Part shown: piece by piece, positions 1 to 8,249 of the stretch
Numbering within the stretch: position 1 is the first letter of the stretch
How the letters are laid out: the number at the start of each line of letters is the position of its first letter
Position numbers and translations under genes: made by a program
Notes under the pieces: generated by a model
Told to the model about the DNA's origin: nothing
Databases searched by the model: none
What the model saw: the letters and a program-made list of their open reading frames with translations, nothing else
Source: Candidatus Brocadiia bacterium
Lineage (GTDB): Bacteria > Planctomycetota > Brocadiia > SM23-32
DNA length: 12,777 nucleotides
Direction: 5' to 3'
Assembly: GCA_046538485.1 (NCBI GenBank)
Contig: JBKHIT010000094.1
Coordinates: 1 to 12,777, forward strand

Positions 1-1
1 A

Positions 2-703
2 AGCATTGCTTACGCCAGATAACGGCAGGATATCCGTAAAGTTCAGGCTAGGAAACCCTTTCGGATTCTTCTTCGCGTAGCCGCCCAGAATATTCCCCAC
101 AAAAAGTCCTTTCTCATTGTAGAAAGTCCAGCCCCCCAGTATCCCTGTCCACCCCACAGACACAAACGCCAATCCATCCTTCTTCCGCGGATGCACGGCA
201 AAAACCCGCACGCATTTTTCGGTTGAATCGAGCCCCCAGTAGTCGAAATTGCGACCGATCTCCATTTTGCCCCCTTCGGTAGCCTCTCCAAAAGCCGCGT
301 AAACCGTGCACCCGGGAAGGCTTTTTACGTCGCCCTCGCACTGGGCATATAACAGGACATCTTCGTCCACCCCTGCGGCTTCGGCGCAGGCGCTGAGTTC
401 TTTCCGATACCAATCCGGCAGCTCTGGCTTAAAGGCCCGCACCCGAGCGATCAACTTCTGGCGCCGGGCCGGTTCCTCCAGATCGTCGCCGACATATTCT
501 CTGAGCATCAGCCGAATTTCATCCCGTAATTTTATCCCGTGCCGCCGCCCGATATCCTCCGGGGTCCCTTCGAGCCGGATAACTTCGGGCCGGTTCGCGG
601 TTTGCCCCGCAGCCGGCGCCGCCACCGCACAAACCCTTAAAAAAACGCAGACGGCGAGCACCACGGTCAGAAAACGACGTTTCCCCGGAAATTTCGCGGC
701 CAT
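2..703 (-). CDS. Peptidase C45 / acyl-CoA:6-aminopenicillanic acid acyltransferase (AAT)-family Ntn hydrolase with N-terminal signal peptide; partial, 3' end not in window
   Basis: Not in the ORF track (no stop in window). Hand translation from ATG at 703 (RBS GAGGTG just upstream) is open for 234 codons to the edge: MAAKFPGKRRFLTVVLAVCVFLRVCAVAAPAAG...LEGTPEDIGRRHG...ELSACAEAAGV...LPG-CTVYAAFGEAT...IGRNFDY...VGWTGILGGWTFYNEKGLFV. The G-C-T nucleophile (Cys132, nt 308-310), GRNxD and NEKGL motifs are typical of C45. Confidence 0.85.
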   Translation of the reverse strand, partial: MAAKFPGKRRFLTVVLAVCVFLRVCAVAAPAAGQTANRPEVIRLEGTPEDIGRRHGIKLRDEIRLMLREYVGDDLEEPARRQKLIARVRAFKPELPDWYRKELSACAEAAGVDEDVLLYAQCEGDVKSLPGCTVYAAFGEATEGGKMEIGRNFDYWGLDSTEKCVRVFAVHPRKKDGLAFVSVGWTGILGGWTFYNEKGLFVGNILGGYAKKNPKGFPSLNFTDILPLSGVSNA

Positions 704-769
704 ATTCACCTCACATTAACTGCCGGGTAACCGATGAAATACTATCCGCCAATTTGCTACGCCTCCTCT

Positions 770-1432
770 TCATTCCGACGCGAGTTTTTCCCGGGCTTTT
801 CTCGTAACTTCCGCCAGCCGTTCCTTCAACTCGTGGCAACCTTCCTCGACTTCTTGCGTACGCAAACGGCTGGGTTTTATGGGTTCACCAATCCAGATCA
901 CAACACGGGCTCCTGGTTTGGGGAAGACGAAGTTATCCCAGCTGGAAAAAACCCAGGCTTTATCAACTGCCACTCCCATCGGATAAACGGGTTGTCCGCT
1001 ACGTCGTCCCAGAAGAATAAATCCCGGTTGTACTGAGAACTTGGGCCCACGGGGGCCGTCCGGTGTGATGGCACAGTTCCAGCCGGCGTCAATAGCCGCG
1101 ATCAGTCGCCGCACCATCCTCAACGCTCCATGAGTTGAGGATCCCCTGACGGCGAGACAACCGCATCGTTCCATAACCTGCGCGACAAATTCTCCGTCCC
1201 GATGTTCGCTGACGGGAACGGCGATGGGATAACCCCGAAAATAACAGAGACACGAGAGAATATGGCGGTGCCAGAACGCCAGAATAACCTTTCCCGTCCG
1301 TTTCTTTAGCAGCGACTCCGCCCCCGCCGCATCAACCAGTTTTATCCTCCATATCAACCTCAAACCCGCGAGCAGGCACTGTCCGGCGACGCCGACGAGC
1401 CAAAAATGTAACCTTTTGCGCAGCAACGGCAT
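770..1432 (-). CDS. DUF374 / lysophospholipid acyltransferase-family protein (220 aa)
   Basis: Motifs ILAFWH, VSEHRDGE, VRGSSTHG, ITPDGPRGP, SWDNFVFPKP. Start moved from 1549 to ATG 1432 (MPLLRK), preceded by GAGGAG and 4 nt past the upstream gene's stop. Confidence 0.85.
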   Translation of the reverse strand: MPLLRKRLHFWLVGVAGQCLLAGLRLIWRIKLVDAAGAESLLKKRTGKVILAFWHRHILSCLCYFRGYPIAVPVSEHRDGEFVAQVMERCGCLAVRGSSTHGALRMVRRLIAAIDAGWNCAITPDGPRGPKFSVQPGFILLGRRSGQPVYPMGVAVDKAWVFSSWDNFVFPKPGARVVIWIGEPIKPSRLRTQEVEEGCHELKERLAEVTRKAREKLASE

Positions 1433-1436
1433 ACGT

Positions 1437-1943
1437 TCAGCTCTCCTCGTCGCTATCGTTGTCTTTCTCCACGAGTCCCCGGACGAGCGACATGACAATT
1501 TCTCTTTCTTCCTCGGTGAGGCCTGCGAAACAAAGGCGCGATTCTCCAAGGGAGAACTCCAGCACGCCGGCTTTCAGACTCAGCTCCAACTCCCCGGAGA
1601 GAGGAAGCTGCTGCAACTCACCAGTTGGACGGAGGATACCCACGCGCCGATCTGTGACAAAAAAAATGGAATCTCCTGAACGTGTATAGACGGGCAGACG
1701 TTTTACGGCCCAAGCCACCAGTGGCGCATTCGTCGTGACCACCAGAACAGTCCCCAAAAGAATCTTAAACACCATTCGCAGAGGCAAAAGGAACCAGGCG
1801 AACAATACCGACATTGTCGTCAGAAGCAGGTGGCCAAATATCTGAATCACCAAAAAAACCGCTCGCCAATGTCCTTTTCTGGGCAGGCGTAACCAGAGGG
1901 GTTTTTCGCCCTCTTCAAGTTTTTCGGTCAGAGCCTCTGTCAT
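1437..1943 (-). CDS. Hypothetical membrane protein with 2 TM helices and a possible bacterial PH-like C-terminal domain
   Basis: 168-aa ORF between xerD and the DUF374 gene, same strand. Two hydrophobic segments (AVFLVIQIFGHLLLTTMSVLFAWFLL; ILLGTVLVVTTNAPLVAWAV) followed by FFVTDRRVGI, resembling the 'xxvTdrRv' strand of bacterial PH domains. Confidence 0.65.
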   Translation of the reverse strand: MTEALTEKLEEGEKPLWLRLPRKGHWRAVFLVIQIFGHLLLTTMSVLFAWFLLPLRMVFKILLGTVLVVTTNAPLVAWAVKRLPVYTRSGDSIFFVTDRRVGILRPTGELQQLPLSGELELSLKAGVLEFSLGESRLCFAGLTEEEREIVMSLVRGLVEKDNDSDEES

Positions 1944-2035
1944 GGCACGCGCTTTTTTTCGGGGAAAATGCTTCGCAATAAAGCACTCGGGCGTTTCACA
2001 AAATATGGCTGAACGGCTCCTGGCACAAGTTTTTG

Positions 2036-2932
2036 CTATGACCTGGGATGGAATTGTTTATGGATACCCACCAACCGATCTTCGTCGACGTGGCTGTAAA
2101 TTTCGGTTGTGGACACGTCAGCGTGACCGAGCATCAGCTGGACAGCGCGGAGATCGGCTCCACCCGCCAACAGATGAGTAGCAAAACTGTGGCGTAGCAG
2201 GTGGGGGTGAATTTTCACACCCAAGCCGGCTTTTCGTCCGCTATCCCTGACGATACGCCAGAGCGCCTGCCGCGTGAGGCGTCGGCCTGTTCGCGAGACA
2301 AAGAGGGCCGTTTGCTGATCTGATTTAACAAGCTCCGGGCGTGCCTCGCCAAGGTAGTGTTCGAGCGCTTCGAGAGCCGATTCGCCGACAGGAACTATTC
2401 TTTCTTTCATACGTTTCCCGTAGCAACGAACAAACCCATATTCTTTGTTCACATGGCCCACATCGAGCGAGCAGACCTCGCTGGCTCGGGCGCCGGTGGC
2501 GTAGAGCAACTCCAAAATTGCCCGATCTCTCATCCCCAGCAAATCGTCTGGATTTGGAGCTGATAAAAGTTCTTCAACCTGCTTTTCGCTAAGGACTTCC
2601 GGGATTTTTTTCCACAGCCGCGGAGTCTGAAAGGCGTCCGTTATGTCATTTTCAACATATTCTTCAAGGCGCAAAAAATGGAAAAACATGCGAACCGCCA
2701 CAAGACGCCGCCAGATGGAATTGGCTGAGAGATTCTTATCACGGCAAATCTGGACGAATTCCACGAGCTCAGAGGATGTCAGCTTATCCAGTTCAGCTTC
2801 GTTTTTGTATCCGAGAGTCTCAATGAAATCGGCCACATCCGATTTATAAGCAGCTATCGTATTTTCACTCAATCCACACTCGATAGCACAGTAATCGAGG
2901 AAAAAACGCAATAATTCGGTGGATTCGATCAT
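2036..2932 (-). CDS. xerD: Site-specific tyrosine recombinase XerD
   Basis: 298 aa. N-terminal GLSENTIAAY..D; RDRAILELLYATGARASE (catalytic R); GKRMKER (K); HPHLLRHSFATHLL (HxxR); LGHADVSTTEIY (H, Y); C-terminal HKQFHPRS. RBS GGGAG upstream. Confidence 0.92.
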   Translation of the reverse strand: MIESTELLRFFLDYCAIECGLSENTIAAYKSDVADFIETLGYKNEAELDKLTSSELVEFVQICRDKNLSANSIWRRLVAVRMFFHFLRLEEYVENDITDAFQTPRLWKKIPEVLSEKQVEELLSAPNPDDLLGMRDRAILELLYATGARASEVCSLDVGHVNKEYGFVRCYGKRMKERIVPVGESALEALEHYLGEARPELVKSDQQTALFVSRTGRRLTRQALWRIVRDSGRKAGLGVKIHPHLLRHSFATHLLAGGADLRAVQLMLGHADVSTTEIYSHVDEDRLVGIHKQFHPRS

Positions 2933-2970
2933 TGGTTTTCTCCCAAATTAAGGCTCCGACATCATCCGGC

Positions 2971-3000
2971 ATGGTACTGAGCCGGAGAAGCGAAAGTCAA
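2971..3000 (-). promoter_or_regulatory. Putative sigma70-type promoter for the xerD transcript
   Basis: Minus strand reads TTGACT (3000-2995), 18-nt spacer, TACCAT (2976-2971), about 40 nt upstream of the xerD ATG. Confidence 0.45.
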
Positions 3001-3011
3001 ACGGCAATTTG

Positions 3012-3040
3012 TTGCTTCACGGGTCATTCTTCTGTATGAT
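3012..3040 (+). promoter_or_regulatory. Putative sigma70-type promoter for the kinase-like gene
   Basis: TTGCTT (3012-3017), 17-nt spacer, TATGAT (3035-3040). Implies a TSS near 3047, downstream of ATG 3043, favouring GTG 3103 as the start. Confidence 0.55.
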
Positions 3041-3102
3041 ATATGTTTCTTAGAGTGCTTCTCGTGCTCAGCCAAATACCCTCAGGGAGAGGCGATTCAG
3101 CA

Positions 3103-6100
3103 GTGGAAGAAAAGAAAACACAGTCAAAACCCAGTCGTTATCGCCTTGTAGAGCTTTTAAATGAAGGCATTTACGGAAAAGTTTACAAAGCTCACGATAC
3201 GGAAAAAGATCAGGAAGTACGCTTGAAGCTGATTTCTTCTTCCGTGAGCCGCGACCCCAGTTTCCGCCGATATATCCATGATCGATGGGCGGCTCGCCAG
3301 AAGCTCTTCGAGCACCCGAACCTTGTCGACCTGGTCGAGGTTGGTAAAACCGGCAACCGCTATTTTATGGCCGTTGAAGATCCGGGTGGAATCAGCCTTG
3401 CCGAAAGGCTCAAGGATGCTCCTCTGGAAACGTCAGAGGCTATCGATATTCTTCACCAAATCGCGGAAGGCCTCAGAGCGGTCCACCGCTGCGATATCGC
3501 CCACGGTCATCTCAAACCTTCCGATGTGTTCATCACCCGAGAAGGTGGATCAGCCCCCGTCGTAAAGATCACGGTCCTGGATATGGGGGCAACCGCGGAA
3601 GATAGCATTATTCCAATATTTGGCGAAGCACACGGCGCTCCCCAGTATATGGCTCCAGAAGTGATTCGAGGTAGATCTCCAGGTCCTCAGGCCGATATTT
3701 TCGCCCTCGGAATCATCGGATATCAGCTCTTGACCGGAAAAGATCCATTTAAATCTTCTCATCCGCTCGGATACCTTTTCGCCAACGTGGAAAGCGAACT
3801 GATTCCACCTCATAAGGTTAATGAGAACGTCCCTCATGAACTCTCGCTGGTAGTCAGCCGTTGCCTGGAACGCGATCCCAACCGCAGATATGGAACAACC
3901 CAACGCGTAATTGACGACCTCGATCGGTGTCTCGAAACAATTCACACGGGGCAGGCCCAGGTCATTCCGAAAGGAACCGATTCTGCTTTTGCGCGGGAAT
4001 ATGAATTACCTGGGCCTTCCGATGATTCGCAAACATCGAAGAGAAGAATCCCGGGGGTGAGCGTGGCAGCGCTGGTCCTGGCTTTTATTGCGTTAATAGT
4101 TTCAGTTGCGCTAAATTCCGGGTCTTTTGGGGGTGATGAAAGGGAACCAACGGATGGACCACAACAAGCTCTCGTGGACAATAATGTGACAGACACAACA
4201 GCCGGAACATCCAAGCAAGAAAAATCCCAAACCCCTGAGGCACAGAAACAAAAGGCGAAAGAACAAGCACGTCTTGAGGCGGCCAGGCACGAATTCAATT
4301 CGGCAGATCAGGATTACCGACAGAGATATAGCCTCAAGGGCAATTACGAAATTGCTATCGGTGCTTTCAAAAGCATTGCGAAACAATATCAAGACACACC
4401 GTACGCTTCGAAAGCACGAGATAAGATTGCCCAGGTTTATTGCGAATGGGCTCGCGCTCTGAGTAATGACGCAGATCATGCAGGCGCTCAGGAAAAATAC
4501 GAAGCCGCAATAAAAAACGCCCCCGAAGGCAGCCAGTATCTGAAAATCGCCAGGAGCAAACTCCCAATTGTGATGGCCAAGCGCGCACAATATTGCCAAA
4601 AACGAGGCATCTACGACCAAGCGCATGAACTCTATAAAACACTCGCGAAAGAATTCCCAGAGACCGATCAGGCTCAACTCCTGGCAAAGCACGAACCCCG
4701 CCAGTTGCTCGAATATAGTATGTTTTTGTGGGAGGAAGGGGATAAAACCGCAAGTGCTCTGGACAAAATGGAACTCCTTGTTGAAAAATATCCCGACAGC
4801 CCGGAAGCCGCGGAAGCCCAAAAAAGACTTCCAGAGCTGCGAGTCGAGATGGCTTCAAACGCTCATAAAAACGGAGAACTCACCACCGCCCTGGCAATCG
4901 TAAGGAAAATACAAAAAGACGATGGGCAAGAGCTGGGGCGGCAAGCCGCAAACCTTGAAGCAAACGTGCTCTTTGACCTCTACCAAGAAGCAAAGCAAAC
5001 GGGGAAAGATCAAAGAGCGCACAGTTACAGAAACCAACTCCTGGAAAAACACCCGGAAAGCACGGCTGGTCAGCAATTTCTCAGGGAAAAATTGGGTCTT
5101 ACACCGGGAGCAGAGGAAAATTATATTCCTGAAAAAACTGCACAAAATTACTACCGTGAAGTTGAACAGCTTGTTCAAGATTTCCGGTACAGCGCCGCGT
5201 TCGACAAAATGCAGAATATCGTGCGGTACTCAAAAGCGGATTCGGAATTGGCAAACAAAGTCCTGCGCCAGCTGCCGTGGTGCCTCTATCGGGCGGCACT
5301 TCAGGATTATGGGCTCGGCAACAAGGACAAATTCACCGAAAAAATACGGCGCCTGAGAACGGATTTTGAGGGCAGCAAATGGGCAACAAAAGCCGAAAAA
5401 ACCCAGGACTATGTCCGCAATGCTCCCGCCGGAATGATTTACATCCCGGAAGGGAATTTTTTCATTGGATCCACCAAAGATCAAATCACACAGTTCCTTG
5501 AGCCCTTTTACCCGCCCCGCATTTTGAATAGCGAAAATGAACTCGAACTTATCCTTACCCTCGTGGGGTACGGGTCGGAAATCCCCATGTATTCCGATAA
5601 TACTGAGGCGTATTATATTGATAAAACCGAAGTGACAAACGCGGAATACCAGAAGTTCATCGACGCCACGGACCATCCTGCTCCCCACGGGTGGGAGGAA
5701 AGGCATTTTCCAAAAGACCAGGCCAATCTCCCGGTCACTGGAGTTTCGCTTAAAGACGCTCGGGCCTATGCGAAATGGGCAGGCAAACGACTCCCAACGG
5801 AAGCTCAATGGGAAAAAGCCGCCCGAGGTCCCGACCAGAGGCCTTTCCCCTGGGGTGAGAGCTTTGATCCGAAAGCATGCAATCACATGAAGCCAAGCAA
5901 AGAAGGTCCGGTCGCGGTCGGGAGCTACCCTGCCGGTGCGAGTCCATATGGCGTCCTCGATATGATCGGAAACGTTTGGGAATGGACATCCAGTCCGTTC
6001 AAACGCTATCCCGGCAATGATCTGGAAGATCGAAGAGCATCATATGGGGAAAAACACCGCGTGGTGCGCGGTGGAGCATGGCCCCAGCATGACATCAAAC

Positions 6101-6192
6101 CAATTCCCGTGCGTGTTACCTATCGACTCCCCATCAAACCGGAGAACCGGGGAGCGGATCTCGGATTCCGCTGTGTCAAAGATATCGAATGA
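3103..6192 (+). CDS. Membrane-anchored Hanks-type Ser/Thr kinase-like protein (probable pseudokinase) with TM helix, TPR-like repeats and C-terminal FGE-sulfatase (SUMF1/CLec-fold) domain
   Basis: Kinase fold motifs EGIYGKVYKA, VRLK, HPNLV, HGHLKPSDV, LDMG, PQYMAPE, ADIFALG, CLERDPNRRY. TM segment GVSVAALVLAFIALIVSVAL (~4050-4113). Helical TPR-like region ~4270-5420. FGE domain MIYIPEGNF, IDKTEVTNAEY, RLPTEAQWEKAARG, DMIGNVWEWT, RVVRGGAW, LGFRCV. Start chosen as in-frame GTG 3103 with RBS AGGGAGAGG at 3084-3092 (ORF track starts at 3043). Confidence 0.88.
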   Translation: MEEKKTQSKPSRYRLVELLNEGIYGKVYKAHDTEKDQEVRLKLISSSVSRDPSFRRYIHDRWAARQKLFEHPNLVDLVEVGKTGNRYFMAVEDPGGISLAERLKDAPLETSEAIDILHQIAEGLRAVHRCDIAHGHLKPSDVFITREGGSAPVVKITVLDMGATAEDSIIPIFGEAHGAPQYMAPEVIRGRSPGPQADIFALGIIGYQLLTGKDPFKSSHPLGYLFANVESELIPPHKVNENVPHELSLVVSRCLERDPNRRYGTTQRVIDDLDRCLETIHTGQAQVIPKGTDSAFAREYELPGPSDDSQTSKRRIPGVSVAALVLAFIALIVSVALNSGSFGGDEREPTDGPQQALVDNNVTDTTAGTSKQEKSQTPEAQKQKAKEQARLEAARHEFNSADQDYRQRYSLKGNYEIAIGAFKSIAKQYQDTPYASKARDKIAQVYCEWARALSNDADHAGAQEKYEAAIKNAPEGSQYLKIARSKLPIVMAKRAQYCQKRGIYDQAHELYKTLAKEFPETDQAQLLAKHEPRQLLEYSMFLWEEGDKTASALDKMELLVEKYPDSPEAAEAQKRLPELRVEMASNAHKNGELTTALAIVRKIQKDDGQELGRQAANLEANVLFDLYQEAKQTGKDQRAHSYRNQLLEKHPESTAGQQFLREKLGLTPGAEENYIPEKTAQNYYREVEQLVQDFRYSAAFDKMQNIVRYSKADSELANKVLRQLPWCLYRAALQDYGLGNKDKFTEKIRRLRTDFEGSKWATKAEKTQDYVRNAPAGMIYIPEGNFFIGSTKDQITQFLEPFYPPRILNSENELELILTLVGYGSEIPMYSDNTEAYYIDKTEVTNAEYQKFIDATDHPAPHGWEERHFPKDQANLPVTGVSLKDARAYAKWAGKRLPTEAQWEKAARGPDQRPFPWGESFDPKACNHMKPSKEGPVAVGSYPAGASPYGVLDMIGNVWEWTSSPFKRYPGNDLEDRRASYGEKHRVVRGGAWPQHDIKPIPVRVTYRLPIKPENRGADLGFRCVKDIE

Positions 6193-6266
6193 GCCGCCTC
6201 CGTTGCTGTTCTCTTAAACGCTAAAACCGCCGGCTTTCCTCAGCTCTCCGGCGGGTGGGCCCCGGC

Positions 6267-7124
6267 ATGCAGACAAAAAACCCCACCAAAATCGGCTTTC
6301 AAAAACATCAGCAGGGCAAGGTAACGGTGTATTTTGACCCCGCCTTCGTTCCCGCATCCGCTGTCGAAAATCTATTGACTTTACCTGAAACCCTGCAAAC
6401 TATGGCGGGCCGCGATTCGCGTTCCGCAGGCCATAAAAGCGTTTGGACGTGGGAACCGGAATGGAGCGGAACCACCAAATTTGTTGTCCGAAAATACATG
6501 CACGGCGGCCTTTTGAGACACGTATGGCGCGATTGGTTCCTGCAGCGGGGCCCGATGTTCCGCGAACTCAACATTGCGCGACATCTCCAGAGAAATGGGG
6601 TGCCAACCCCCTCTCCTGTTGCGCTTCGCTTACAAAAGCTGCTTGGACCTGTTCACAGAGCACATTATATCAGCCAAAAAGTGCTGGATTCCGTCGACCT
6701 TTTGAGCCTCTGCCGGAAATTCCTGGAATCAACTGCCCCGCCGCCAGAAGTCCGTCAATCACTCGCTTCAGCTATTGCATCATTGCTTTTCCGTCTGCAC
6801 GAAGCAGGAATTTGCCATAAAGATTTGAACCTGAAAAACATTCTTTTAAGCCCGGAAACCAGTCCCACCAGAGCGTTCATTATCGATTTCAAAAAAGCCG
6901 TGTGGAAAGAAGAGATAACCCTGCGCGAGGGATTTGAGAATCTCGTCCGACTCGACCGGTCGATCGTGAAATGGGCCGCTTCCCGAAAATTTCTAACCCT
7001 TTCTGACCGGCTCCGCGTGCTCCGGAACTACATTCGTCTGCGGGGGGGACAAAATCGCGGCTGGAAAGATATCGCACGGGGAATCCTCACCCATCATCGC
7101 CTCCACTCCCTCACCAGAAAATGA
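6267..7124 (+). CDS. Kdo kinase (KdkA)-like / lipopolysaccharide kinase (Kdo/WaaP family)
   Basis: VVRKYMHGGLL (cf. KdkA-type VLRHYxRGG), GVPTP, LHEAGICHKDLNLKNILL (cf. HxDLNxxNIL), IIDFKK, NLVRLDRS (cf. NLxRLxRS). Immediately upstream of kdsD-kdsC. Start ATG 6267 or GTG 6255. Confidence 0.78.
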   Translation: MQTKNPTKIGFQKHQQGKVTVYFDPAFVPASAVENLLTLPETLQTMAGRDSRSAGHKSVWTWEPEWSGTTKFVVRKYMHGGLLRHVWRDWFLQRGPMFRELNIARHLQRNGVPTPSPVALRLQKLLGPVHRAHYISQKVLDSVDLLSLCRKFLESTAPPPEVRQSLASAIASLLFRLHEAGICHKDLNLKNILLSPETSPTRAFIIDFKKAVWKEEITLREGFENLVRLDRSIVKWAASRKFLTLSDRLRVLRNYIRLRGGQNRGWKDIARGILTHHRLHSLTRK

Positions 7125-7155
7125 CGGCACAACCGCCCTGCCAGAAGGCTGCGTC

Positions 7156-7184
7156 TTGAGCCTCCGTCAAGAGCCGGTTATAAT
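7156..7184 (+). promoter_or_regulatory. Putative sigma70 promoter for kdsD-kdsC, overlapped by an inverted repeat
   Basis: TTGAGC (7156-7161), 17-nt spacer, perfect TATAAT (7179-7184). TCTTGA-N7-TCAAGA (7154-7172) overlaps the -35 box. Confidence 0.6.
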
Positions 7185-7226
7185 CCTCGCCACAGCGGTG
7201 ATCTATTTTCTAATCTGGGATCTGCA

Positions 7227-8216
7227 ATGGATATCATCAAGCGTGGACGAAAAATCATTGAACTGGAAAGCCGCTCTCTCGAAACAGTGGCCCGAAATCT
7301 GGGTCCAGAGTTCGAAGATGCCGTGCAGGCCACTTATGACTGCAAGGGCCGCGTCGTTGTTACTGGGGTAGGAAAAGCCGGGTTGATCGGGAAAAAAATT
7401 TCGGCAACTCTTGCAAGCACTGGCACCCCATCATACTGGATGCATGCCGTCGAAGCCCGACATGGCGACCTGGGTCGTGTTCTCCCGGAAGATATCGCCC
7501 TTGTTTTCAGCAACAGTGGCGAAACCGAAGTTACAAAATTGCTGGTCCCCTTGAAAAAATTGCACACCCAGATCATCGCCGTGACAGGCAATCCGCATTC
7601 TACACTTGGGCAATACAGCGATATTACGTTGAGTATTGGCAAAATGGAAGAGGCATGCCCGCTGGGGCTCGCCCCCTCAGCCACGACAACGGCCATGCTG
7701 GCCGTCGGCGATGCTCTGGCGCTTACGGTTTTCGAAATGCGCGACATGACAAAAGAAGACTACGCATTCTTTCATCCCGGCGGTGAACTTGGCCGCAAAC
7801 TGATAAAAGTCGAAGAAACAATGAGAATCGGCGAACGCAATCCAGTGGTCTCACAGGACTGCACACTGGAAAAAGCGCTTGAAATCATGAGTATCGAAGG
7901 TTCCCCGGGCGCCGTCAGCCTCGTCGATAAAGACGGCAAGCTGGTGGGCTTTTTTACCGATGGCGACCTCCGGCGTCTTATCAAACAAAAAGGCCCCGAC
8001 ACCTTCCATCTGCCGATGAAAGACATTATGACCAAAGGCCCCAAAACCGTTCGCACCGACGACCTGGCCGCGGACGCTTATCGGATAATGCGAGATATGC
8101 GAATTGATAATTTACCCGTAGTGGATGAAGACGGCACTCCCGTAGGAATCATCGACGTCCAGGACTGGCTCGACGTCGAAAGAGGCGTTGAGAGCCCTGC
8201 CGGTGAAGAAACGTAA
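7227..8216 (+). CDS. kdsD: D-arabinose 5-phosphate isomerase (KpsF/GutQ family; SIS domain plus CBS pair)
   Basis: GRVVVTGVGKAGLIGKKISATLASTGTPS, EARHGDLG, SNSGET, EACPLGLAPSATTTAMLAVGDALA, FHPGGELG, GFFTDGDLRR and a C-terminal CBS pair; adjacent to kdsC. Confidence 0.93.
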   Translation: MDIIKRGRKIIELESRSLETVARNLGPEFEDAVQATYDCKGRVVVTGVGKAGLIGKKISATLASTGTPSYWMHAVEARHGDLGRVLPEDIALVFSNSGETEVTKLLVPLKKLHTQIIAVTGNPHSTLGQYSDITLSIGKMEEACPLGLAPSATTTAMLAVGDALALTVFEMRDMTKEDYAFFHPGGELGRKLIKVEETMRIGERNPVVSQDCTLEKALEIMSIEGSPGAVSLVDKDGKLVGFFTDGDLRRLIKQKGPDTFHLPMKDIMTKGPKTVRTDDLAADAYRIMRDMRIDNLPVVDEDGTPVGIIDVQDWLDVERGVESPAGEET

Positions 8217-8249
8217 GATCTTTCAACTCAATCTCAGTGAGCCTGGCTT

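Noticed and set aside
665..703. Tat signal (KRRFL) in the C45 protein
   Set aside because: Spacing does not match S/T-R-R-x-F-L-K; a Sec-type signal explains it equally well.
43..1036. Short ORFs 43-291, 114-413, 306-719 and 734-1036
   Set aside because: Alternative-frame or antisense shadows of the C45 and DUF374 genes.
2036..2932. Tyrosine recombinase as a phage, integron or island integrase
   Set aside because: Length and motifs fit housekeeping XerD. There is no integron-integrase insertion, and I saw no attC array, dif-like site, tRNA or phage genes.
6227..6254. Hairpin CCGCCGG...CCGGCGG as a terminator of the kinase-like gene
   Set aside because: Large loop and no plus-strand U-tract; the short T-run is on the minus strand, where no gene ends.
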